A stretch of 63,755 nucleotides of DNA, counting the filler, from Conidiobolus incongruus B7586 (taxonomy: Eukaryota), in NCBI GenBank assembly GCA_000697335.1. It is 12 parts of 12 records of this genome, joined end to end, with 100 filler letters (N's around TTAATTAATTAA, not from the genome) between each part and the next. Parts side by side here need not be neighbours in the genome. Positions count along the whole stretch, not along the records: positions 47,782 to 56,849 come from JNEM01004121.1; positions 56,950 to 63,755 come from JNEM01004125.1; 10 more parts are not named here. One strand, written 5' to 3'. Made by a program: the position numbers and the translations under genes. Under the pieces are notes generated by a model that did not search any database, was not told the origin of the DNA, and saw only the letters and a program-made list of their open reading frames with translations. Shown here in pieces: positions 52,135 to 63,755 of the stretch (its first letter is position 1; each line of letters begins with the position of its first letter).

Positions 52135-53600
52135 ATGAAAAAAGTTAATAATAATTCAGAACCTGAAAATAAACCAGATAGTTTTTGGTATGTACCTCAA
52201 TATTAGCTACGTATTAATAGCCATAAGATATTATTTAGTATTTTGGTAAAATTATTTTCTTTTTAAGTGTCCATATCGTTGTGGTATTATTCTCTTTATA
52301 TATTGCAAGTGATCTTTCTTATCTATCTCCAAAGTCTTTAAAGCTGGAGAATTACAATCATTTAATATAATGTGGTTCATGTGTTTTGATATCAACTGTT
52401 TATATATTTTTAATCTTATAACTTTAGTAATTACAAGAAACGCTGACCTTGATAAAGCTAGACTATTTGATTATTTCTAAAATATACTAGATTATTAACC
52501 TAAGTGAAATTTAGGAAAAAGAGCTATTTTAATGTCAAACCAATAAGTGACAAATCAATGTTTATATTGGATAATATGCATATATGTTGTTAACATAAAA
52601 TACCTTTATTAGGATTGAACGATATACTATTGACCTTTTTAAAGTTATATTATAGTTTATAAACTTAATATGTAATTAATGTGATTTCTAGTTAAATTAA
52701 TTATATGAATATATTATGATTATCCTAAAAGAATCTTTATCAAAATTTCCAAACCTTGGTAAGTAAAGGTTATATTAAAAGGGATTGAATAATATTATTT
52801 GTTAAATTTTCCCAATAATAACTGATAATTTGTTAATATTAAATGATAATATTATCATTGTTATAAGGCTTTGCAAACTAATAATTAAATAGATTAAGGA
52901 TTTGATATATTAAATTGGTTTTTCTAGTTAGAAATTTTAAGAGTGGTAGATTATATAAATCAAAGACTTTCAAATCCAAACAAATTATAAGATAGCTTGT
53001 GTTAGTTTATAGTCTTTCCTGAAGGAAAGACCATATTTGAGAGGAAAATACTTAATTCGAAATAATTTGCTGAAAAAATACAAAGGTAATTCAGCTATAT
53101 TTACGATAAAAAGATCCTTCATCTGGGTACATATGATCTTATTGACCAATTAATATTACCAAAATATAGGAAATTATACATGAGTATAAACAAGGTAAAA
53201 GACGCTGTCGATTATATCTATGACTCCACAATAAGTTTATCCAATATCTTTGTATACAGTTGTTCTTATTGTACTTTACATTAAGTTCAATATATCTATT
53301 CAGAATTTCTCCCCGTCAAGTATTTGTTCATATTTACAAGTTTAAACTTGGTAAAATTTATATCTAGCCTGAAGAATTTTGTAATTAATTATATATTAAT
53401 GGATAAGAAAAATGAATTATTACATTTTTTCTACAAGTAGAACATTCCAAACTCACACACTTATTTAATCAATAATTTTAATAATTTTCAATCATTTTAA
53501 GTCATCTAACAGATTTAATATAAATGGTAAATTTAATATTGTTGAATAATCTCTGTAGAATTGAGATCTCTTATTCTATTAGGTTGATATTCAATAAACG
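52135..53600 (+). pseudogene. Lysophospholipid acyltransferase pseudogene, paralog 2
   Basis: Relics KRAILMSNQ* (~52520), ILKESLSKFPNLG (~52722-52760), FIVFPEG (~53010) and LILPKY...DYIYDSTI (~53150-53235), with many stops and frameshifts. End is approximate. Confidence 0.85.
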
Positions 53601-54789
53601 CAATAATTTTTATATCATTTTTTATTACATTTATTTATTAATTTTAATAAATATCCAAATATTTCAATGAATATTAATGCTATATAATTTTAATAAACAA
53701 TTATATAATAATTTAGATTTTTGAAATATATTAAATGGATTTTTTTATTCTATCAATAAATATACAAAATTTAAAATTAAATATGGGTTGTTTGATTTGA
53801 AAAATTTTATAAGCAATAAATTTCAAATATAATCTAAAATTATATGTCCCATTACAATTATCAAATTAGAATAAATAATACTCATGGAATATATATTAGT
53901 AATTATATTTAAAAGATAAACAAATAGCAATAGATCACGATATTATTTAATGAATAGATAATAAGATTATTGCTATCATTTATTTATAAGTATTTTGATC
54001 ACTTTGAATATTTAATACAAATATTTTCAAACAAATAGTTTTGTAAATCCAAGTCAATATTGAATAAAATACAAAAAAAAGTATCCTTATATCAATTTGA
54101 TATATAGAATCCTAATTTAGCAGTCCATGCAACATCCAGGTCAAAATATTCCAAGAAATGGGTTGAAAATAGTATTGTATTATTAGATGAATATACATTA
54201 AATTTTGAAGGAATTAGTAAAAATTGGAAATAAACTCATAAAAACAATTGGAGATATTTTATGTATATATTAATAGCTATTTAAAAAATTTGAGCATTTA
54301 CCAATTAGAATTATACTGTTATACAATAATTATAATTAAATTGAAAATTTAATCAATATTAAATTTTAAATTGCATAAATTAATCAGAATTCTAAAGTAA
54401 ATTTTAAATTAATTCATTTAAATTTTTCCATGATTTTTTATCGGAATAATTGTACCAAAATTATTACTATTGAAAAGGGGTCCAAATATTATTTAGTTTA
54501 GTTAACCAATTCATACATATAAGTGTCCTTTTATTAATTAATTACCTTGCAAAATTAGTTAGGATACACTAAAATTTATAAGAATATTTTATAATTATAT
54601 GAATTTCATATTGGATCATAAATTAAGGGAACTCAATTAAAGTGTGAAAGGAGTGATTATTAAAAAATTCGTGATGTCAACATAAAATCTTAGTCAAACC
54701 TAATTAATTGGTGAAAAGTATAAATAATGAATTGAAAACTTTAATTGATTAATTTTTAAACTATTAATAAAATTAATTAAAAAGAAAAG

Positions 54790-56276
54790 ATGGTTAAAGG
54801 AGAGCCTGAGATATTGCCAGATCCACGACCTTTGCCGGATCAATTGAGTTTTGATACTCAAAACATACTGAATTTTAGAGATTATTGGACCCTGATCAAA
54901 TTATTCGCGGGATCCGTATTACTGTATACACATATTGTGGCAAATACTATCCTGTTTTACTGGCTGACGTACTTGGACGCTTTGAAGCCCATCATTCCTC
55001 AAATTGAGCAGTTGCCGAGATTCTTGCTGGGTGCTTATGGTGTGCTGGTAGTCGCTTGCTACCAACTGTTCAATCCAACCAATTTGATACTGACGAGGGG
55101 TGATGGCGTCTCTCCCGAAGAGTTTCAGGATAATGACAAGTTGGGTAGAAGGTTACAATTTTGTGATAGATCTATTTTGGTTAGCAATCATCAGGTAATT
55201 ATTATTAACTTTTTATTAGTAATCTTTACGATTAATATATATGTTAGTTGTATACAGATTGGGGTCTCATTGGGTATTATTCATCAACATTACTTTACTA
55301 TAATATAAATCTTATTATAATTTAGGTGTTTAGCTTACTTCAATCAAAATTATCACAGTTATAAAATAGTATTAAAAAAATCTATTGAATCAATTCCAGT
55401 AATTGGAAGGTAAACCTTTTATAATTTAAAATTGATATCATATTAATTGAGATTTGAATTAATTAGGGTATATATTTAAATTAATTTTTAGGTAGAATTG
55501 ATCAATTTATTATTATATTTTTTAGACTATCAGATACTTTGGTCATATTTATATCAAAAGAAATTGGGAACAAGACAAATCAGTTCTGATTGACCAATTA
55601 AAAAAGATTAATAAGAAACCTAATGATGATTTGTGGTTTGTGATTTTCCCCGAAGGTACGACTTTAGAAGAGGATACTCGTATTAAATCGAGACAGTTCG
55701 CTGAGAGGATTAATAAGGTAATTTATTAAAATTTGATTACAAAGTGATATTAATGGTTATAATTATATATAGAAAGAGTTTCATCATGTATTATTGCCAA
55801 GATCTTTAGGACTTTACCACGTCTTAAGCAATACCAAACCTACAGTGGAATATTTATATGATTTGACAATTGGGTTGGAGAACCTGCCCAAGTATTCATC
55901 CCCATGCTATGTACACACTGTTAATTCGATGTTTGTTTCTGGCACAGGTCCCAAAAACATCCACATCCACGTACGCAAATTCAAAATTTCAGACATTCCA
56001 ATGAATAGCGAATCTGAATTCGGCAATTGGCTTTACTCTCGATGGGCAGAGAAAGACGAATTGCTGGAACACTTCTATAATTATGGTCAATTCCCCACAT
56101 CAAATACTGTTGAAAATATCTCAGGAGAAAGCGAACCTATAAAGGAATTCCCAAAGATCTTGAGTTGTAGTGTGAACCATATTTCTGAAATTGTCTACCT
56201 TTGGGGCTCTACATTCATATTTCATTTTGTAGCTGTCAAACTCTTATTTTGGTTGATATCATTTTTCCTCTTTTAA
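54790..56276 (+). CDS. Lysophospholipid acyltransferase (LCLAT1/Cst26-like), paralog 3
   Basis: Inferred exons 54790-55194, 55248-55273, 55326-55409, 55467 (1 nt), 55526-55717, 55773-56276. Internal exon sizes (26, 84, 1, 192 nt) equal those of paralog 1. Motifs NHQ-LYTDW, IKRNW..D, FPEGT, LLPR and YDLTIG. Confidence 0.9.
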
Positions 56277-59200
56277 CTATTCTTATCATTATAAAACTAT
56301 ATCATATATTAATTCAATATATTAGCTAGAATTTCAAAATCTATTATGTATAATTCATAATTTCTCTTTATAATATAAATATAATTGAATAATAATTTTT
56401 CAAGTATATTATTATACGATATATTAATTTTAATTAATATAAAATTAAATTAGCAAAAAAAATAGTCAAAAATAATTTTTAAAGATTTTAAATTGATATT
56501 TATTATAATCCTTATTATAATAGATTTAAAATACCTAAACTTATTTTTATTTAAATATTTATTTCAATTTTTTATATCAATATATTTTTGGTTATTAATT
56601 AAATTATTAAGTTTATTTTTTAGTTTAAGATTAGGTAAAAAAATGATAAAATATTGATTATTATTTTATAATCAATATATTATTATATATCTTATTATAG
56701 TTATAATATAATTGCTTATTTTATATATTTATTAATCTGATAATAATTTTGGAAACAATTAATAGAAATTTTTTAATATAAAAATACCCAATAGATAATT
56801 TTAAATGATAAAATATTTATTTTTAAATAATATATAATTTTATTTATATNNNNNNNNNNNNNNNNNNNNNNNNNNNNNNNNNNNNNNNNNNNNTTAATTA
56901 ATTAANNNNNNNNNNNNNNNNNNNNNNNNNNNNNNNNNNNNNNNNNNNNAAAAATATAATATAATATTTATTATAGATAATTGTCCTTTAAAATTAATTT
57001 ATATTTTTATAATTGAAAAATTAAATATTTTGTATTAAAATTTATTGATAGTCTAGTTTAATTAATATATATTATATTTATGTAAATATATTTATTAATA
57101 TCAACCTAATTATATATAATTTTTGTTAAAAGGTATTAAGATTCTATTATCTTAAATAGGTATAACATTATTTTAATATAATTAAATTAACTAGATTGTT
57201 AATTAACGGTGAGTTATAAATTTTATATAATAAAAATCAAAATATTCTTAATGATTTTCATTAACTATTTAAAAGATATTTAATAGCATTTGGTCTTTTT
57301 TTGCATTTTATTATAATACATATTGATTATGAAGTTTTAAAAAACATTCAAACTATTTTTTCATTTATATCATATAATAGTATTATGTTAATTTAAAGGC
57401 TTTGCTAATAATCTGTTAATTTATAACAAACACAATATCAATAGTATTAAATTATCTGGAATTGGAATTAGAATATTCTGAATGTTTGACTATAATAAGT
57501 ATATATTTTATATCAATCTTCTCAACTGATAAAAAAATAATTTATATAATTGAATGATATATATATATATATATATTATATTCATGAAATATGGTGTTAT
57601 AATCATATGAACTATGGTATATGATTTAATATACAATATTGTTATCTGATGTAATCAACATCCCTTATTTTTATCAATATTTTTTGGATTTTCAAACAGG
57701 TGCTCAAGTATTCAATCTTGGATATTAGAAAAAACGATAGTAGTAAAAGTATAAGCTACATTAATACAAAAACGACGAATTGAGTTAAACTTAGTACAAA
57801 ATTAAAATTATTCAAAATACAAAAAAATTCTAAATTTTTATATTATCAATCAAGTATATTTGAAAATTGCTTGAGAACTGAGGAATAAGGGGTTAGGTAA
57901 GTTAAGGACCTTATCCCACTCTTCATTCAACAATTACGTCATTATTAATCTACTAATTTTACTCAAATATCAACTTCCTAATCAGATAATATAAATATAT
58001 AAATATATAATATTTGATGTGATTAGGAGAAAAATGTATATTTCAATTGCGATAAGAAAATAGTGTAATTCAGATATCATTCTTATTGTTAATTTTATTT
58101 TTTTTCCTTAAAAAATTATGATATATTTCTAATAAAGAATCATAATATAAAATAGTATAAATTATTTAATGATAACCAGTACATATAAGTTTGTGATTAT
58201 TATTATTGTAATTTATTTATTTGGAAATGATATGTGAAAGCTTGGCCTTTTAACAGGATAATAACCAAATATATTCAAGAAAACAGGCCTTAGTTCGTGG
58301 AGATTGATAAATATACCTCGAAATACAACTGAATAAATTTTTAACAATAATTTATTCTAATCATCTATTATTCAATTAAAATATTTGAACTGTTAAAATA
58401 TAGACTATTTTGGATAGTACAATTTATACAAAAAAATATGCTAATGTAAAATTATTGTGGATTGTTTATTTTTATATTTTCCAGATTTGATCTATTTTTT
58501 TTTCACTTTTTATTTAAATAACAATGGATTTATAATAAAAAAAGTGAATAAAATTCAATTTTTTAGAATAAATTTTTTTTATTTAGAATATTCAATTAAA
58601 TATAAAATATTTAAAATTTGAATTAGTAGATATATAATAATAATAATAATAATAATAATTTATAATACAAAAAAGAAACTCGGCAAAACTTACTATTACA
58701 ACTTTTACCAATAAAAACAATAATAAAATTAATCCATTTAAAACTTTTGATGGGACTTAAGATATCATTTTACAGATTCAATCCATTTTCCTATAAAATC
58801 AATTGTTCTTCTAATTGGAAATTATCTGATGGAAATTTTCATATATAAATAAATATATATGGAGGACTTTGTATCATTTGTAAAAATTTTCAAAATATCT
58901 TTTAAATATTAGAATTTTAATAAGTATTTAGTATAATTAACAATATTTTAATAAAAGTATAATATTTTTTTAATTTTTTTATATACATTAGTGAAAATTA
59001 AAAAATATTCTAGTTTAATAATAAATAGAGATGAGAAAATTAGTTAAAATTAATACTTAATGAGGATGAAATAAAATTTTTCTCATTATTAAATTCTCTC
59101 AAATGATTTCAATATTTGTTAAATGCTTTATATTCATAAATTCACCTTAAAAAGTCAATGTTTTTGGCCTAATTGGGGTATATAGAAATTATTTAATCAA

Positions 59201-59938
59201 CATGATGTTGCATATAATCACTAACTTAATTTTAATATTATTTAAGATAACAATTAAAGTGTTTATTTAAATTTTAAGTTATAATTTTTAAATTATTCTT
59301 TTCAGTATCAAATGTTAAATTAAATGATTTGATTAAATACTGTTATTTCGGATATATTTTATATAAATTTGGTTTGATTCAAATTGATAACTAGTAATTC
59401 TACGATATGAGAATATAATATAGTTTTTCATTATATATAATTAAGTATTCTACCTTATTTAAATTATAAATATACTTAATTGATTTAATTTATACTATTT
59501 TCAATAAAATTAGTTCAAATTATTACAAATTATGATAATTAATATAAAAAAATTAAATATAAATTAATATGAATTTTTAATTTTATAAAATTAAAAATGA
59601 CATTTTATTTGATATAAAAAAAGAGTGAAAATAACCAAATAACCTATAATAAATTAAAATAACTAATATATATATTTCAAATTATTTAAACAAAGCTTAA
59701 TATTTTAAGGCATAAATTGAAACATTAATTTATGATTACAACTGATTAATATGGAATTATTCAATAATCCCACAATAGAGAATATTTATTCAGCTGATAA
59801 TTTGAACCTTAAGCAACCTTCTCATTGGATTTGAATATAAATGTAAATAAACTCCTCCAAATCCCTGAACCCTCTTCATTTCCATTTCTTCCCCAACAGT
59901 TACCAGCCATTATAGAAATCAAATCACTTTTAATTAAC

Positions 59939-60697
59939 ATGTATGACAGCCTCAGTGGCCTACATATTGAGTTAAATAATCTAAAAGTCAGTATTGATAA
60001 ACTTGAGAACGAAGTCGATGAACTGTGCAACAGAATAAGGATACTGGAAGCTAAAGAGGATCATCAAACAATTACAGAGAGAGAAACGATTAAATTAGAT
60101 GATCTAAGAATAGATCGATCCTACTTAAGAAAGAGGATCTTTCAATTGAGAGAGGAAAAACTTTTAATACTCAAATTTATTTCTAGACAAGAGGAAAAAT
60201 CCTCAAAGCTCACCTCACCTATAACACAGCCACTTTATCCTCATCATAGAAGTGACAGCCAGGATCACGCTCCCATGACTTTCATCCCTTCAGCAGCCCC
60301 CAATTCACCTCCCTTCACCAACTCACACTGGGATACAAACGAGAGTCTAGCACTAATTGCAGAATATGACAAGCTTTTTCATGGGTTTAAAGGATGCACA
60401 CGGAATAAAGATCTTTGGGCAGAAATCTCAAATAATTTAGTAAATAAGGGAATTAGACGAGATTGGAAACAATGTAAAAATCGATGGAGATTCTTAACAG
60501 ATAAATACAGAGAAGACTCTAGACACCCTCACTCGATTCAAACTAAAGACAAGCACGTTTGTGAGTTTTTCGACCAGCTTCATGCAATGTACTCTAAATA
60601 TAACTCCTTTCCTTCCGCTAGGAGAATCAATAACCAGGCGAAGCCAGGGTCGGGGGTGAATCTGGGGATGAAACGGCCAAGTTCTTCCATGTCTTGA
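59939..60697 (+). CDS. Coiled-coil + Myb/SANT-like (trihelix) DNA-binding protein
   Basis: C-terminal W..NESLALI....LW.EIS..L...G..R.WKQCKNRW..L..KY...CEFFDQL is the Myb/SANT-like signature; N-terminal heptad coiled coil. The frame is open from 59812 and the first ATG is 59939, so the true start is uncertain. Confidence 0.8.
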   Translation: MYDSLSGLHIELNNLKVSIDKLENEVDELCNRIRILEAKEDHQTITERETIKLDDLRIDRSYLRKRIFQLREEKLLILKFISRQEEKSSKLTSPITQPLYPHHRSDSQDHAPMTFIPSAAPNSPPFTNSHWDTNESLALIAEYDKLFHGFKGCTRNKDLWAEISNNLVNKGIRRDWKQCKNRWRFLTDKYREDSRHPHSIQTKDKHVCEFFDQLHAMYSKYNSFPSARRINNQAKPGSGVNLGMKRPSSSMS

Positions 60698-63600
60698 TAC
60701 TTATTTTGATAGATATTTATTTTTAGAATTGATATTTTTCGGCTTTATTTTATTTTGCAACTGGATTGTGTTTTCTTCAAATTTTTCACCTTCTTCCAAC
60801 TTCCCACTCCCATTCAATGCAATATTAAATTAACATCTCCGTCCCACCATTAGTAATAGTAACACGATCATACTTGCACCTATATCCATCCAATTTCCTA
60901 ATATAAACAATCTTTAATAGTTTCAAATTCTAATAAATAATCATCCAATCCATCATAGTTGATAGTTTGAGTTTGCTTTAACCTCTTTCTGATTCAAGCC
61001 TCATAATTCATCTGTACACATTAATATTGGAATCTATGATATCATCAGTGGTTGAAATTTATTCCATATTCGCAATTTGATCAAGGTCACTATTATGCTT
61101 AAGTACTACGCAGTATATTAAGAACTTAAAATAAATATATAAAAAAAATTAACGAATTAATTTAGAATAAATTGATTAATAAAAATTTAATTAGTTAATT
61201 AATTTTCGTAATTTATAAAAATATAAATTTATAAATTTTTACGAAAAATTTAAGCAAATAATTAAATTTTAAATATTAAATATCAATTTTGGCAACTGCC
61301 GTCTATAATATTTTAAGGGTTACACTGATCATACCATGAATAATTACCTCAAAACTAAAGCACAAAGCAAATCTTAATGCCCATCAAAATATTGATAAAT
61401 TTACTAATGATTAATTAATAATTCCTTTTAATTTTTATTCTTTTTTTTAATATAAATGGAAAAAATTAAAATTTTTAAATTAAAATATATATGTGTGTGT
61501 ATTTATATTGTTTTTAAGTTAAACATCATTAAATAAAAGAGAATAAAAGTAAAATTTTAAACCAATACACCTATTAAAAAAATTGTAACTAGTTATTTAA
61601 TGGACTGGTTTTTTAGGCCAAGTTGTAATACTATTGTCATTCTTAAAGATTATACATTTTCCCATTATATTTTGATTTGTATTACTTTTTTAATAATCTA
61701 TTAAATTATCTGAGAAAAATATTTTAAAAGATAGCTATATTTTTTTTAAAAAAAAAATAATATTTAAACTAGATTGAATACGCCAAAAATGATCATTACA
61801 ATATTAATATAATACAAATTATCAATATTTAATAAATATTAAAAATACTTGAAAACTGTGTTATAAATCGGTATTTATTCACTTTAATTTAGATAAACGG
61901 ATTTTTATCTATTAATATTAAAAATATATTTTTATATATATGTATATTTCCAGAATAATCTGGCTTTAAAATTAATTGAATATGAAGAGGATCCTATTTT
62001 AAATATCAAAATATTATAATATTTAAAAAGAATATATAATTTTATATCATTAGATGTTAAATTTATTTTATATTTGCATAGTATACTGAATATTAATTTA
62101 TCGAGCTATTAATGATTATATAGTTATTAGTAAGAATAAATAACAATTAATTTATTCTAGACATTTAAATATATTTTTTTCTACTTTATTATAATGCAAA
62201 AATATTTAATTTAATTTAATTTAATTTAATTTTTATTTTTGGAAATAAATAATAAAAGATAACTTTTTTAGGGTTTAATTACGAGTTTTGTTAAATTTAA
62301 TTAAGATTTTTTTTATTAAATTGTAACATTATAATAATTAATAAAATTTAATATAGTAAATTTTTCTTTTAAAAAAAGAAATATTTTGTAATATAAATAT
62401 TCAGTAAATATTATTAAATTATTACATCAGATAACTGTTATAGTTAGATCATTTTTTAACAAAAAGAATATTTTATGTACTACAAAATAAATAGACGGCA
62501 AAATATAGTTTTCCAATTTGAGTATATTCTAAATATGTTCTATTATGCTTTGCTTTGTAATATTTCTATTTTTATTTAATAATTTAAAACAAAATTCTTA
62601 TTTTAAAATTTTCAAATTAAAAATATTTTTTTAATTAATGTAATTGATCCTTAATTAAATTAAAATTTACGTTTTTTGAGTTAAATAATTTTTATATGTA
62701 TGCTTTTGATAATGTGGCTATAGTAAATGTTTTATTTTAATATATTATTAGAGATAAAATATCACAATCAGCTCTATTATTAATATAATGATGTTAAAAT
62801 ATTATTTTTGAATATTTAACAATTAAAGTATATTCATTTTAAGTAATATTTAAATATAAAATTAAATATAATTGAATAAAATATGTTATTAAATCTAAGC
62901 TTATGTCACATATAATGCTAATTTTTATGATTTATGAATCTTAATAAAATAATTTTTAATATATTTTTTCTGAATTATATTGTTTTATTCATAAGAAAAA
63001 TTTATATAAATTGAAATATATGCTATCAAAAACAATGCTATAGCTATGGATAAATGTTAAAATCAATTAATTGGAGTGTATTAAAGTTATTCATAATAGT
63101 GATAGTTTATTAACACTAGAGTTACATTAATTTCTTTATTAAATAATTTCTGACCTTTTTTTCTAAAAATCTCTATAACGCAATGATTCTACCTTTTAAT
63201 GTGATTTAATCTGTAGCATTTAAATTATTTTTAAATAAATCTGAGATAGTTCAAAATTGAAAAAGTAATCACCTCAAGTATTAAAATATAATATAATATT
63301 AATTTCATTCAAAATTTTCATTGAATTATATTTGTGAGTTAATTAAGTTTTAAATAATTTAATATTATATTTAGTAAAATATAATATTTGCTTAATAAAA
63401 TAATAAATTTCTTTGTTTATTATATATTTTTATCATTTTTAAATTAACTAAATTTTAAAGAAAAAAAATTTTCAAATATTATTATAATTTAGTTTTTTTT
63501 ATAATATTTAAATCAATATAAAATCCTTGTATTTATAATATAATATTATAATTCGAAACTTCTTTTTTTATTTATAATAAATTAAAATTAAATTATTATT

Positions 63601-63755
63601 TATTAAGAATTTTTTATGAAATCATAAAATATTAATATTATCAAATTATATTTTTACTTGTATACTAATAAATAGGACAAATAAATTATTAATACTTTAT
63701 TTTTAATATAGTTATATTAAATAATATAGCCATATTTATATAATATAATATAATA

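Noticed and set aside
8984..56949. Recurrent TTAATTAATTAA motif (11 copies) as a biological repeat or CRISPR-like array
   Set aside because: It is always centred in a 100-nt N gap, so it is an artificial contig linker.
58240..58270. GCCTTTTA resembling U5 snRNA loop I
   Set aside because: The loop is not the full GCCUUUUAC and I saw no convincing flanking stem.

Overview
Very AT-rich eukaryotic (fungal) scaffold with short GT-AG introns and 11 artificial 100-nt gap linkers (N..TTAATTAATTAA..N). Composition and gene families suggest an early-diverging entomophthoralean fungus such as Conidiobolus (inference). Genes: a three-copy beta-lactamase-family (SxxK serine hydrolase) cluster (one intact, one truncated, one pseudogene with an inverted start region), an OPT/YSL-family transporter, a disabled GRC3/NOL9 polynucleotide kinase between two mariner relics, a small Ser/Thr-rich GPI-type surface protein, a 7-TM GPCR-like protein, a three-copy lysophospholipid acyltransferase cluster (two intact, one pseudogene) and a Myb/SANT-like protein. 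The apparently empty AT-rich DNA is largely a transposon graveyard: a near-complete chromodomain Ty3/gypsy element and several Tc1/mariner elements, readable only after undoing pervasive C>T/G>A changes. Top observations: (1) a 1-nucleotide microexon at the same position in both intact acyltransferase paralogs; (2) RIP-like hypermutation of repeats in a probable non-Dikarya fungus; (3) a 58-bp micro-inversion that flips a gene's start codon.
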